The position numbers were made by a program, and so were the translations under genes. From assembly GCA_963770835.1 (NCBI GenBank), contig CAVYRH010000019.1, forward strand, positions 224,001 through 288,000: a stretch of DNA of 64,000 nt. Reading direction: 5' to 3'. Under the pieces are notes generated by a model. It did not search any database and was not told where the DNA came from. It was given only the letters and a program-made list of their open reading frames with translations. Origin of the DNA: an uncultured Pseudomonadota bacterium (lineage in GTDB: Bacteria; Oederibacteriota; Muellerivitia; Muellerivitales; Muellerivitaceae). Each line of letters starts with the position of its first letter. The first letter of the stretch is position 1. This document shows, piece after piece, positions 18,752 through 29,096 of this stretch.

Positions 18752-20921
18752 ACTTCTTTGTTTTTAATTCCACCAGCTTTGTCGACACGGCCGTCTTGAA
18801 GGTCTCCTTGGGTTTGAGGGACACTTCCCAACCCAGCAGGAGGCAGGAACCCTGGTAAACCCGCTCGAAGCCCCCCTCGGACTGGGAAATGGTCTCTACG
18901 GGATAACGCCAGAACTTGGCGGGACGGCTCGTTTTAAAGTTGATTTCCAATTCCAGCCATCCGTCCCGCATTCCCATTTCGGTCACTCCATCTTGCTCGC
19001 CCACGCTGTTCAATGAGGTTGGGGAAAGATGCCGGCCTGCCACGAAATAATTCCTATCCGGCGCGTTTCCCGCCAAAAGAGTGAGGTTCCACTCCACCAG
19101 GAAAAGGAAATTTTGACCGTGGGCGTCTTCGTTCTTCAGCTCATAGGCCGTCTCCAGGTCGAAATCCCCTGCCTTCAATTGCAGGTTTTTCGATAGCCGC
19201 AGGGCATGTCCACCAACTTGGCCAAGTCGGGAAAGCTGAATTTGGGCTTTTTGCCCTTTTTTCTTGGGTGATTGGATTTTCGACTCGAAAACCCCCGTTC
19301 GGAAGTCCCCCATTTCCTGGTAGCGGCTAGTCATCATTTGCTCAACCGTGGTCAAATCAGGAACGAAATGCTCCGTCAAGCTGACCCGCCGCGCGGAATC
19401 GTAAAAAAGCTTTTGCTCCAGCCCCGGCTCTTTCATGCGGACCATGTCATGGATGCTGGCCACGGCGCCCTGGGATTGGTTCCCCTGGGCCGCGGCCAGG
19501 AGCTTTTCATGGTAGGCCTCTTTGCGGCGGGTCAAGGTGTCGGTAAGGTTGATGAGTTTCTTTAAATAGTCCAGTTCGGTTAGGACGCCCCCTGAGGAAG
19601 GTTCCAGCACGGCGTGGTAATTGGCGCTCTCCACCACGATTTCGGGACGGCCGTCCTTGTTGAAATCCGTTTCTCGAATGCCGATCCCCCCGGGAGGGTC
19701 GGGCAAAATGGCTTCCGCCAGTTTTTCCGCCTCGATCAATTCGCGGTACACGGCGAAACGCAAGTGGTTCAGGTAAAGGCCCCCGAAAACGCCATGCCAG
19801 TAGGGGCAATTGCACTCGCCCCGGTAAAGGGCGCGTATTGCTTGGTCCAATGCGGCTTTTTGCTTGGGCGAGGCCTTTTTGGTAAGGCGCTTTTTGGCCT
19901 CCTCCACCTTGGCCGAAACCCAAAGCATTTTCTTATGCAGGTGGTTGCTTTCGGCGTATTTGGATAGGAAATTTCGCCAAAAACCACCCTTGAGGTAGCG
20001 GTCGTACCGTGGCATTTCGCCGCGGTCCCGGACTTCGTGGCGGATGTGTTCGTAGTCCATCGCGGCTTCGGCGGGAAGGGACCATTCCCCCATTTCGGTG
20101 TAGGAACCCGTCGGCAGGCTGAGAAGGCCTTTGGGGGCCCTTTGGGCCGCGAACTCCGAGAAAGTGGCCGTCTTCAGCCAGGAGGAGTTTTCCTCCAGGG
20201 CGGTGAAGAACCGCTCCAACCAGCCTTCCTCGTAGACCCATTTATAGGTGTCGGGCCAGCCCCCGAATTTTTCCCCATCGTCCATCAGGACCACGCAGCG
20301 GTCGCCCTCCTCGGTGGCCACGGACTGGAGGTATTGGAGGGACTCCTCCACGGCCCGGAACGGCACCATATAGCGCATCTTTTCGGAGATGGGAAAGACA
20401 CCGACCGTTTCCCCCTGCTCCTCCATGAAGTAGTAACCGAAAGTTTCGTCCTCTTTCAGGCCCGACGCCTTGAAATGGGCGTCGTCCATCACCAGGTACT
20501 TCACGCCCGCCTCGGCCAGGTTCTTGGTCAGGTGGGGTTCCCAGACCCGTTCCGCGGTCCACATTCCCTGCGGCTCCACCTTGAACCGCCGCTTCAGGTA
20601 GTCGGTCATCATGTGGATCTGCCCCGCCTTATCCCGGTCCGGCAGGACCGCCAGGATCGGCTCATACATGGCCCCCGTGAAAAGTTCGACCTGTTCCCTT
20701 TTCGTCATTTCCCCCAAGAGGCGGAAATAATCGGGGCGGTACTGTTCCAGCCATTCCAGGAGGGGCCCGGTGACGTGGAAGGTGCATTTCACCTTGGGGT
20801 GGCGGTGGAGGATGTGCAGGAAGGGCTCGTAGGACTGCTTGTAAAGGTCCTCGAAAACCTTGCTGAAATTGCCCACCGGCTGGTGGTTATGGACGCCGAA
20901 GATGAAGGTGAGGGTTTTCAT
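18750..20921 (-). CDS. GH57 alpha-amylase/4-alpha-glucanotransferase (DUF1925/DUF1926 type)
   Basis: HNHQPVGN, WTAERVWEP (nucleophile), MDDGEKFGGWP (acid), SYTEMGEWSL, YWHGVFGGLY, VSQSEGGFE-type tail (ISQSEGGFERVYQG). Confidence 0.92.
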   Translation of the reverse strand: MKTLTFIFGVHNHQPVGNFSKVFEDLYKQSYEPFLHILHRHPKVKCTFHVTGPLLEWLEQYRPDYFRLLGEMTKREQVELFTGAMYEPILAVLPDRDKAGQIHMMTDYLKRRFKVEPQGMWTAERVWEPHLTKNLAEAGVKYLVMDDAHFKASGLKEDETFGYYFMEEQGETVGVFPISEKMRYMVPFRAVEESLQYLQSVATEEGDRCVVLMDDGEKFGGWPDTYKWVYEEGWLERFFTALEENSSWLKTATFSEFAAQRAPKGLLSLPTGSYTEMGEWSLPAEAAMDYEHIRHEVRDRGEMPRYDRYLKGGFWRNFLSKYAESNHLHKKMLWVSAKVEEAKKRLTKKASPKQKAALDQAIRALYRGECNCPYWHGVFGGLYLNHLRFAVYRELIEAEKLAEAILPDPPGGIGIRETDFNKDGRPEIVVESANYHAVLEPSSGGVLTELDYLKKLINLTDTLTRRKEAYHEKLLAAAQGNQSQGAVASIHDMVRMKEPGLEQKLFYDSARRVSLTEHFVPDLTTVEQMMTSRYQEMGDFRTGVFESKIQSPKKKGQKAQIQLSRLGQVGGHALRLSKNLQLKAGDFDLETAYELKNEDAHGQNFLFLVEWNLTLLAGNAPDRNYFVAGRHLSPTSLNSVGEQDGVTEMGMRDGWLELEINFKTSRPAKFWRYPVETISQSEGGFERVYQGSCLLLGWEVSLKPKETFKTAVSTKLVELKTKK

Positions 20922-20996
20922 TTCAGTTCTCTCAAACCGGAGGTTCGCCGGAACCGGGATTTTCAATCCCCGGCCCGTCTTTTTCGAACTATCCCA

Positions 20997-21485
20997 TTAA
21001 TTGGTTTTTAGCTGCGTGATGTACTTGTCCAGGGATTCCCGGAGGTCGCCGGGCACCGCGCGGACTTCCAGCTCAATTCCCTGTTTCTTCAGCTCCCGGA
21101 AGGCGCCGATATCGCCTTCATTGACGCAAACCGTCTTGCTGACCTGCTGCTTTCCCTCGCAATAATGCATCCCGCCCACGTTGACGGAAGTGAGGACCCC
21201 GCCCTGGCGGCCGAATTCCAGCACGTCCACCGGGTTGGAAAACAAAAGGAGGCTTTTCTCGTGCGTTTCGCCGGGGTGGCAATTCCGGGCCGCTTCCTCC
21301 ACCGTATAGAAGCTCACCTTGAGCCCCGAGGGAACGGCCATTTCCATCAGGGTTTTCTGCATCGAATTGCGGGCGATGGCGTCATTGACCACCACCAGGC
21401 GTTCGATGCCCAGGGCCTTGACCCAGCCCACCACCACTTGCCCGTGGATCAGCCGGTCGTCGATTCGAATCAGTTGGATATCCAT
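20997..21485 (-). CDS. Mannose-family PTS IIB component
   Basis: RIDDRLIHGQVVVGW, VNVGGMH. Confidence 0.95.
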   Translation of the reverse strand: MDIQLIRIDDRLIHGQVVVGWVKALGIERLVVVNDAIARNSMQKTLMEMAVPSGLKVSFYTVEEAARNCHPGETHEKSLLLFSNPVDVLEFGRQGGVLTSVNVGGMHYCEGKQQVSKTVCVNEGDIGAFRELKKQGIELEVRAVPGDLRESLDKYITQLKTN

Positions 21486-21505
21486 TCCGCTTCCGAACCT
21501 CCGCC

Positions 21506-21913
21506 TTAATCGTTTTTTTTGAGAAGCTCAACCGACGTGACAATGCTTTCCCGCGTGGCCTTTTTGACTTCCTGCAGGAACCCGTCCATGTCCGTTTCGT
21601 CCCGGTGGGAGGCGATCTTGATCAGCATGGGCAGGTTCACCCCCGTGATCACCCGCAAGGGGCGTTCTTGGGCCATGCGCAGCGCCACGTTAAAGGGAGT
21701 GCCCCCCAGCATGTCGACCAGGACCAGGGTCCCCGACCCCTTCGGGTCCACTTCCTTGAGGGCCCGGGACATCTTTTCCTCAAAGGTTTCAACAGCATCT
21801 TCAGGTGCCAGGGCGACGGCAGTGACGCCTTCCGTCTCCCCCAGGACCATTTTCAGGGTGGAAAGAAGGTGTTTGCCGAATTCCCCGTGGGTGGCCACAA
21901 TGACGCCGATCAT
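21506..21913 (-). CDS. Mannose-family PTS IIA component
   Basis: VIVATHG, LVDMLGGTPFN, TGVNLPML. Confidence 0.93.
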   Translation of the reverse strand: MIGVIVATHGEFGKHLLSTLKMVLGETEGVTAVALAPEDAVETFEEKMSRALKEVDPKGSGTLVLVDMLGGTPFNVALRMAQERPLRVITGVNLPMLIKIASHRDETDMDGFLQEVKKATRESIVTSVELLKKND

Positions 21914-22053
21914 GGGTGAAGTTTCCTCCAAAAAAAGGCGGATGGGACGTTCCCCATCACGAAAAATCGCCTTGTTTTATCCCCAAGAGGTTAAAGGGAG
22001 CGGGTTGCTTTATCAATGCTTAAAAAGGCCCGGCCGGGATCATCCGAATGGGC

Positions 22054-23337
22054 TTAAACCCGGAAAGGGTACCCCACCAGCAACCGAATGATGGCTTTTC
22101 CCAATTTCTCCGGGCTGTGGCGGACATAGTCCTCTTGGTGGAGCAAATTCGTTTTGACCAACTGAACGCCTTGTTGCTTGACGGCTGCTTCGTCCACGGG
22201 TACGGGCTCCTGCCCATTGGCTTCGTAACGGGCCAGGAGCCTTTGGGGGACTTTTTCCTTGTTGGCGATCACGAAATGGATGAAATTGGGGCCGGTATGT
22301 TTCAAAAGGGCCCCCACGTGGTCCGAAACGGTGAAATGGTCCGTCTCGCCGGGCTGGGTCATGACGTTGCAGACGTAAATCTTGACGGCGCGCGACAAGG
22401 CGATGGTTTCCGCCACCTGGGGGATCAACAGGTTCGGAATGACACTGGTGTAAAGGCTCCCCGGCCCCAGGACGATGGCGTCCGCCTCCAGGATGGCTTT
22501 CAGGACTTCCTTGTTGGGACGAATCTTTTTTTCCTTAAGTAAAAGCCGGTCGATGGGGGACTTGCCCAGGGGAATGAGGGATTCGCCGGTGACGGTCTTG
22601 CCGTTTTTCAGTTTCGCTTGAAGCGTCATGTCGTCGAAGGTCACCGGCATTACCGTGCCCCGGGTGGCCAGCACCTTGCTGGATTCCTCCACCGCCTTGC
22701 CGAAATCTCCCGTGATTTCCTTCATCACCGTGATGAAAAGGTTGCCGAAGCTGTGGCCCTTCAGGTCCCCGTGGCCCTTGAAGCGGTACTGGAACAAATC
22801 TTTCAAGAGGGTTTCCTGGTCGGACAGGGCCACGATGCAATTGCGGATGTCGCCCGGCGGGGGTGTGCCGAAATCCCGCCTCAAGCGGCCCGAGCTGCCG
22901 CCGTCGTCGGCCACTGTCACCACAGCCACCAGGTTGCTGGTGTAAAGCTTCAGGCTGGAAAGGACGTTGGGTAGGCCCGTTCCCCCTCCCACAGCCACGA
23001 TCCGGGGACCGCGCTTCAAGCGCATCCGCTGGTAGGCCATGTTGATGAATTCTTTTTCACGGGCGGGGGCGTAAACGGTTAGGACAGAGAAGATCAGACG
23101 CCGCAGGCCCATCCAGATACCCCAGCAGGCCAAAAGCATGAAAAGGAAATCCACGAATTTCAGGTGTTTCAGGTGGTCTTCCAGTTCGACGATAACGGGG
23201 GGGCGCAGGTGGATGCCCCCGGTATGCTGGCTCATGACGCCAGAAAATCCGACGTATAAAACCACCATGGAAAGGACAATAAGGAAAATCCAACGCTTCA
23301 GGCGCAAGCCGGGATAAAGCCAACGGAATGCCGGCAT
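22054..23337 (-). CDS. yvcK: YvcK/GlmR-family UDP-GlcNAc-binding gluconeogenesis factor with N-terminal membrane segment
   Basis: GGGTGL, VTVADDGGSSGRLR, PPGDIRNC, GHSFGNL, GPGSLYTS, NVMTQPGET; ATG overlaps the hprK stop. Confidence 0.93.
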   Translation of the reverse strand: MPAFRWLYPGLRLKRWIFLIVLSMVVLYVGFSGVMSQHTGGIHLRPPVIVELEDHLKHLKFVDFLFMLLACWGIWMGLRRLIFSVLTVYAPAREKEFINMAYQRMRLKRGPRIVAVGGGTGLPNVLSSLKLYTSNLVAVVTVADDGGSSGRLRRDFGTPPPGDIRNCIVALSDQETLLKDLFQYRFKGHGDLKGHSFGNLFITVMKEITGDFGKAVEESSKVLATRGTVMPVTFDDMTLQAKLKNGKTVTGESLIPLGKSPIDRLLLKEKKIRPNKEVLKAILEADAIVLGPGSLYTSVIPNLLIPQVAETIALSRAVKIYVCNVMTQPGETDHFTVSDHVGALLKHTGPNFIHFVIANKEKVPQRLLARYEANGQEPVPVDEAAVKQQGVQLVKTNLLHQEDYVRHSPEKLGKAIIRLLVGYPFRV

Positions 23338-24308
23338 TATTTTTTGCCCTTGGACCGGGTGGGTTGGGGGCGGGCCGATTCCTCGGCCATCATGCGGGAA
23401 ACGCGGTCGGCGAACTCCTGGGCCGTGAAATAACCCAGTTTCATGAGCCGGTGGTTCATGGCTGCCACCTCGATGATGACCGCCAGGTTCCTTCCGGGCC
23501 GCACGGGGATGAGGAACATGGGGATTTCCACGTCGAAGATCTGGTGGGTGGAGGGCGTTAGGCCCAGCCGGTCGTATTCCTTCTGGTTGTCCCATTCCTC
23601 CAGCCGGATGACCAGCTCGATACGCTTCTTGTCCCGGATTGCGCCCACTCCGAAAAGGCTTTCGATGTTGATGATCCCCAGGCCCCGGATTTCCATGTGG
23701 TGCTTGATGATTTCCGAGCGCGAGCCCATCAGGATGCGGTTGGCCAGCCGTTTGATGTAGACCAGGTCATCCGCCACCAGCCGGTGGCTTCGCTCCACCA
23801 GATCCAGGGCACATTCGCTCTTGCCGATTCCGGAATTGCCCAGGATGAGAATCCCCACGCCGTAGACGTCCATCAGGGTGCCATGGATGGTGGTCTCAGG
23901 GGCGAATTCCTCCTCCAGATAAACCGATATCTCCGAAACGAACTTGGTGGTGGGGGTGGGCGTGGTGAAAAGGGGAATTTGTCGCCGCTTGGCTTCCACC
24001 GTCAAATCGGCGGGGGGCTTCATCTTGTGGGTTACGACGATGCAGGGCAAGCGGTAGGACAAAAGGGCTTGGAGGATTTTTTTTCGTTGGGCGGGCTTCA
24101 GGGTACGAAGGTAATGGATTTCGGTCTTTCCCAGGATCTGGAGGCGCTCATAGGGGAACCACTTGAGGTATCCGGTCAGGGCCATCCCCATGCGGTTGAT
24201 GTCCACGCTGACGATAAACCGGTTCGACATGCCTTCTTCGACCAAGGGGGAAAGACGGAGCCTTTCCTTGGCCTGCTGAAAAAAGGACTCCACGGAAATT
24301 TTCTTCAT
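23337..24308 (-). CDS. hprK: HPr kinase/phosphorylase
   Basis: HGTLMDVYGVG, GNSGIGKSECALDL, LVADD, MEIRGLGII, PVRPGRN. Confidence 0.97.
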   Translation of the reverse strand: MKKISVESFFQQAKERLRLSPLVEEGMSNRFIVSVDINRMGMALTGYLKWFPYERLQILGKTEIHYLRTLKPAQRKKILQALLSYRLPCIVVTHKMKPPADLTVEAKRRQIPLFTTPTPTTKFVSEISVYLEEEFAPETTIHGTLMDVYGVGILILGNSGIGKSECALDLVERSHRLVADDLVYIKRLANRILMGSRSEIIKHHMEIRGLGIINIESLFGVGAIRDKKRIELVIRLEEWDNQKEYDRLGLTPSTHQIFDVEIPMFLIPVRPGRNLAVIIEVAAMNHRLMKLGYFTAQEFADRVSRMMAEESARPQPTRSKGKK

Positions 24309-24346
24309 GGTCTTCGCCTTACCGCCCCCTCCGGGGAAAAACCCCG

Positions 24347-24811
24347 TCAATGCTTCAGTTTTTCTTCTTCCTGGATGATCTTCACGACGTCTTCCGGCGT
24401 CTTAGCCGAAAGCAGGGACTTGCGGAAGTACTTGTCCTTCAGGAGGCTGGAGATGCGAGCCAAGGCCTTCAAATGGGCTCCCGCGGCGCCTTCCGGGGCT
24501 ACTAAAAGGAAAAAAATATTGACCGGCTCGCCGTCAAGGGAATCGAAGCTGATGCCGTCGGCCGAGAGGCCGAAAGCCGCCGCAAGATCCGAAACCGTGT
24601 CCGACTTCCCGTGGGGAATGGCAATGCCCTGGCCGATGCCGGTGGAGCCCAATTCTTCCCGCTCCATCAGGGTCTGAATCATTTTCTTCTTATCCTTCAC
24701 TTTGCCCGACTTGACTAGCAGTTCCACCAATTCCTTGATGGCGTCCTTCTTGGTCTTGGACTCCAATGACATTTTGATGGCTTCAACGGTCAGAAAATCC
24801 ATGATCTGCAT
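24347..24811 (-). CDS. ptsN: PTS IIA(Ntr/Fru)-type regulator
   Basis: REELGSTGIGQGIAIPHGK, HLKALARISSLL; position in rpoN operon. Confidence 0.88.
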   Translation of the reverse strand: MQIMDFLTVEAIKMSLESKTKKDAIKELVELLVKSGKVKDKKKMIQTLMEREELGSTGIGQGIAIPHGKSDTVSDLAAAFGLSADGISFDSLDGEPVNIFFLLVAPEGAAGAHLKALARISSLLKDKYFRKSLLSAKTPEDVVKIIQEEEKLKH

Positions 24812-24898
24812 AAACCAACCCCCTTTTTTAAACGGCAATTTCGACGAATTCTAATTTTCAATGATGAAGGATAAGAATTCGAAGTTTCCTTTGGATCG

Positions 24899-25468
24899 TC
24901 AATAACCGGGCTCAATGAGCCCAATGTGATTGTCCTTCCGCTTATAAACGACGCTCGTACGATCGGTCTCGGCGTTGGAGAAAACAAGGAATTCGTCCCT
25001 GGAGACGGCCAATTGGAGTGCCGCTTCCTCAACGGTCATGGGCTTGACGGCGTATTTTTTTGAGCGGACTACCGTCACACTTTCGCCTTCCGTCGGCGGG
25101 GCGATCAAGCCATGCATAACCGAGCCCAGCGTCTTGGGGCTTTCCACGCGGTGGCGTCCGACCCTTTTGTCCTTTTGCTTGTGGGCCTGTTTTTCCAGCC
25201 GCTGCAAGGCCGCGTCAATGGATTGGTACATGTCGTGAGAGGAAGCCTTAGCGCTTAATTTCAGAGACTTGGCGGTGAGGGTCACCTCGCAAATGTGCAG
25301 TTTCCTCTCAAAATTCAAAACCACGTGGGCTTCCTTGATTTTCCCCAGGTATCTTTCCACGCGCTTGATCTTGTCTTCAATGTGGGTCTTTAACCCTTCC
25401 GTTAAAAGTTCGTGACGGCTGGTGATATGGACCTTCATGGCGGCGTTGGTTGTAACGGGAGTAAACAA
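24899..25468 (-). CDS. hpf: Long-form ribosome hibernation promoting factor
   Basis: DMYQSID, KPMTVEEAALQL, VVYKRKDNHIGLIEP; start either TTG 25468 (AAGGAG upstream) or ATG 25438. Confidence 0.93.
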   Translation of the reverse strand: MFTPVTTNAAMKVHITSRHELLTEGLKTHIEDKIKRVERYLGKIKEAHVVLNFERKLHICEVTLTAKSLKLSAKASSHDMYQSIDAALQRLEKQAHKQKDKRVGRHRVESPKTLGSVMHGLIAPPTEGESVTVVRSKKYAVKPMTVEEAALQLAVSRDEFLVFSNAETDRTSVVYKRKDNHIGLIEPGY

Positions 25469-25661
25469 GGATGGGCTCCTTTTTTTATGAAACGGCCAAG
25501 AAACGTCAAAAGAGGTGTTATTTTAACATTCGAAAGTGGGAAGTCAATTGACGGCTTGGCTTTCCCCGAAACCCGGGCCCGGATTTCAAAAGTCTTTTCC
25601 CCTTGCTTGAGCCGGTTTAGGTAAAAATATTCACCCTGACAGCCCGTGCTTTTAGGGGGGG

Positions 25662-27191
25662 TTACAACTTCCTCCTTTGGGAAGCGGAAGGAATTTTGAG
25701 TTCCTCGCGGTATTTGGCAATCGTGCGGCGGGCGATGTTGAGCCCCTGGCCGTTCAGGAGTTGCATGATCTTTTGGTCCGAGTGGGGTTTTTGCGGTGGT
25801 TCCTGGGCGACCAGCTCCTTGATTTGTTCCTTGACGGAGAGTGAGGAAACGTCCATGCCGTCCACCGATTCCAGGCCGCTGGTGAAGAAAAATTTGAGCT
25901 CAAAAAGCCCGCGGGGCGTCTGCACGTACTTATGGGTGGTCACCCGGCTGACCGTGGATTCGTGCATTCCGATCATGTCGGCGACTTGTTTCAAGGTGAG
26001 GGGCTTCAGGGCGCTGATACCGACCTCCAAAAAATCCCTTTGGATTCGGAAAATCGCTTCAGTCACCCGGAAAATGGTTTTTCGCCTCTGTTCGATGTTC
26101 TTGATGAGCCAGAGGGCCGACTGGATTTTGTTATCAAGGAATTTTTTTGTTTCCTTCCCGTCCAGGGCCTTGGGATCCTTCAAGAGCCGCCGGTAATAAG
26201 AGGAAATCCGGAGTTTCGGAACCGGTTCGTCGTTCAAGACCACCACGTATTCCCCCTCGATTTTGCGAACGTAAACGTCGGGGGTGATGTATTTGGTATC
26301 GTTTTCTTGGAAAGAACGGCCGGGCTTGGGCTCGAGCCCCGCGATAAAGGTCAAAACCTCACGCAGTTGGTCGTCTGTGCACTCCAAGGCCTTGGTGATG
26401 ACGGGATACCTTCTTTTTTCCATGTCCTCGAAGTAGTCGTGCACCAGCTGGTAGGCTTTCCGGGCGACCTCTCCCGTTTTGTTTTCCAACTGAAGAAGCA
26501 GGCATTCCCTTAAGTTGCGGGCGCCCACACCCGTAGGTTCGAAGGTTTGGATTAGTTGCAGGACTTTTTCCAGTTCCTCATGTGGGACGGTCTGGGAGGC
26601 GGCGATTTCCTCGAGGGGGTCAATCAAGTACCCGTTCTCGTCCAGGTTGCCAATCAGGATCTTGCCGAGGCTCTTTTCCCGCTCATCCTTGGCCAGCATC
26701 AACAACTGCCACTCCAAGCTTTCAGCGAGGGTTTGGGCCCTGGTAATGGAGGCTTCCATGAAATCCCGTTTTTCCTGGTCGGCGTCTGAGCTCTCCCGGC
26801 CGCCGTAAGCCGCCTCGCCAGACTCCCCGTATTCCTCCGACTCGCGGTAAAGGTTCCAAGTCTCGGAATCGAACCGGTCCCCTTCCTTCATATGCTCCAC
26901 CAGGTCGGTTTGGTGACGTTCCTTGGCCAGTTCCAACAGCTTGTCGCTGTCGGGTTGGGACTGTTCCTCCAGGGTGGGCACCGCCGTTTCGGTGGTAGAT
27001 GTCTTATCGGCGGTTTCGGCGGGGGCTTCTTCGTTTTCTTCTTCGAGGACCGGGTTTTCCTCGATCTCTTTTTCCACCCATTCCTTCAACTCCAGGGTGG
27101 AAAGCTGGAGGATCTTCATGGCTTGCTGCAGCATCGGCGTCATGATCATCCGCTGCTGCATCTTTTGATTCATTCCAAACTGCTGGCGCAT
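25662..27191 (-). CDS. rpoN: RNA polymerase sigma-54 factor
   Basis: Gln-rich N-terminus, GVGARNLRECL, MHESTVSR, ARRTIAKYRE RpoN box. Confidence 0.98.
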   Translation of the reverse strand: MRQQFGMNQKMQQRMIMTPMLQQAMKILQLSTLELKEWVEKEIEENPVLEEENEEAPAETADKTSTTETAVPTLEEQSQPDSDKLLELAKERHQTDLVEHMKEGDRFDSETWNLYRESEEYGESGEAAYGGRESSDADQEKRDFMEASITRAQTLAESLEWQLLMLAKDEREKSLGKILIGNLDENGYLIDPLEEIAASQTVPHEELEKVLQLIQTFEPTGVGARNLRECLLLQLENKTGEVARKAYQLVHDYFEDMEKRRYPVITKALECTDDQLREVLTFIAGLEPKPGRSFQENDTKYITPDVYVRKIEGEYVVVLNDEPVPKLRISSYYRRLLKDPKALDGKETKKFLDNKIQSALWLIKNIEQRRKTIFRVTEAIFRIQRDFLEVGISALKPLTLKQVADMIGMHESTVSRVTTHKYVQTPRGLFELKFFFTSGLESVDGMDVSSLSVKEQIKELVAQEPPQKPHSDQKIMQLLNGQGLNIARRTIAKYREELKIPSASQRRKL

Positions 27192-27316
27192 GGCTTGGGC
27201 CGTCCCCGGTGAATTCTTCCTCTAGCAAGAATTATACCTTTTTAGACTTTAGAGGTAATCCATTAAAAAACATAGGGTAAATAGGATTTAAAAGTCGAGG
27301 AGGAGTGAAGCAAAAT

Positions 27317-27640
27317 CTAGCCGTGCAGCCACCAAAAATAAACCAGGAGGTTCACCCCTAGGACCGACACAGCCCCCCAAAGGAGTCCCTTTAAGTGATG
27401 GGACATCTTCTTGATGACGAAAAAGATGATGCAGGGAATGATATAAACCAGTTGGCTCAAGCCACAAAAAGTCAGCATGTACATGGGGATATTGGTCCAT
27501 TCGTCAATGGGGCCATTGGGCCCCCAATCGGCCCAAGTGACGAAAGCCGCGTAGGCCACCAGGAAACAGGCGAAGAGAAGGGCCCAGGCCAAGCCGAAAC
27601 CTTCCCAAAACGGCTGCTGACGGGCGGATGCTTCATTCAT
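27317..27640 (-). CDS. Small three-helix membrane protein, unknown function
   Basis: Three hydrophobic segments; start overlaps the amidohydrolase stop. Confidence 0.6.
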   Translation of the reverse strand: MNEASARQQPFWEGFGLAWALLFACFLVAYAAFVTWADWGPNGPIDEWTNIPMYMLTFCGLSQLVYIIPCIIFFVIKKMSHHLKGLLWGAVSVLGVNLLVYFWWLHG

Positions 27641-28883
27641 TTTTTCTAGCTCCCGCGCTTTCCTGCCACCCCGGCTTGAACTTCGTTTTATCCCACTGGT
27701 GGATCCAAAAATCGAGGTCGAAGGGTTGGGGAAATTCCAGTGGACCCGGCGGATAGGCCCTTCCCCCTTTAAAGACCAGCTTGAGGGTCCTGAAATTTTG
27801 GGCGTCCTTCAGGGGATCGTGCTGATAAAGCCCCAGATCAGCGAACTTTCCTTTTTCCAGGGTTCCTAATTTTTCTTCCACCCCTAAAACCTTGGCCGCG
27901 GCCCGGGTGGCCATCTCTAGGCACTGGCCCGGGGTCAGCCCCACGCTTTGGAGGTCTTTCCACTCCTTCACCGAAACCCCAAAGGGCATATGGGGATTGC
28001 CAGCGTCCGTCCCATAAGCCACCCGGCCCCCAAGGCTGAGGAACCGTTCCAGGTTTTTTTGGCTTTGGTGGTGGCCCGCCTTGAAACCATGCTGGCAGAA
28101 TTGGCCGAAGGGGTGATCGGCCCGGCGCTTCCATTCCTCCGCCCAGCCCGCGTGGGCATGAAGGGTGGGAAGGACCAGGATGTTTTTCTTGACGGCCTCC
28201 TCCCAAAGCTCGTCCGAAACGGGGCGGGAAGGCATATGGGCCACTTCATCCACCCCGCCCTTGATGCAAGCCTCGAAGTCCTCCTCGTTGGTAATGTGGG
28301 CCGTGACCCGTTTGGAAAGGGCGTGGGCGGCGGAAACAATGCTGGCCACTTCGGTCTCCGACAGGCAAGGCCCCAGTTCGTGCTCCATCCCCAGCTTGAT
28401 GACGTCCATGCCAAGCCCGGCCAATCGTTTCACCTTATCCTGGGCCTGGTACCGCCCCTGGATGGGCGCCGCCACCTTGGGACCCCAGACGTTTTCGGGA
28501 TAGCCCTTGTGGCAAGTCAGGATGGGGCCCGAGATAAAGATGCGGGGGGAAGCGATCAGCCCCGACTGTTCCTTGGCTTTCCATGCCAGGGCCTCGAAAA
28601 CATCGCTGGCCAGGTCCCGGATGGTGGTAATGCCGTTCTGGAGAAAACTAAAAAGAGTGCTTTCGTCCACAAGGCCGTGGACATGCAGGTCGATCAGCCC
28701 GGGTAAAGCGAAATGGCCCCTCCCATCCAGCGTTTTTTCCGCCATGTAAGCGGGGGCCTTCGAATGGGCTCCGGCGTAGGTGATCTTTTCGCCGGAAATA
28801 AGGATGGTCGCGTCTTGGACCGCCTTATAGCGGGCTCCGTCATAAAGGGTTACTTTTTCAATCGCGGTATTAATTTGGAGCAT
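27633..28883 (-). CDS. Metal-dependent amidohydrolase
   Basis: PGLIDLHVH, IKLG, VTAH, VAH, GTDAG, GTLEKGKFAD. Confidence 0.9.
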   Translation of the reverse strand: MLQINTAIEKVTLYDGARYKAVQDATILISGEKITYAGAHSKAPAYMAEKTLDGRGHFALPGLIDLHVHGLVDESTLFSFLQNGITTIRDLASDVFEALAWKAKEQSGLIASPRIFISGPILTCHKGYPENVWGPKVAAPIQGRYQAQDKVKRLAGLGMDVIKLGMEHELGPCLSETEVASIVSAAHALSKRVTAHITNEEDFEACIKGGVDEVAHMPSRPVSDELWEEAVKKNILVLPTLHAHAGWAEEWKRRADHPFGQFCQHGFKAGHHQSQKNLERFLSLGGRVAYGTDAGNPHMPFGVSVKEWKDLQSVGLTPGQCLEMATRAAAKVLGVEEKLGTLEKGKFADLGLYQHDPLKDAQNFRTLKLVFKGGRAYPPGPLEFPQPFDLDFWIHQWDKTKFKPGWQESAGARKNE

Positions 28884-29096
28884 GCCGACCTTCCATAAAG
28901 ATTTTACTCTCATTTTTCTTAAGCAACCTTTCGGGCAAAGCCCGAACAAGGTAATGAGGATTACACAGTTTTCATTTCGGGGCCGGAGGCCCTATTCTGA
29001 AAAGAAAAACCGTGAAAGGAGGTCGGTATAACACTGATCTCCCTAAGCATTTAAAAAAATGAAAATCAGCGCATGGCACCTCGGGCAAACACGGCC

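Noticed and set aside
29072..29090. TGGCAC as a sigma-54 promoter
   Set aside because: No TTGC at the required -12 spacing, and it points away from the nearest gene start
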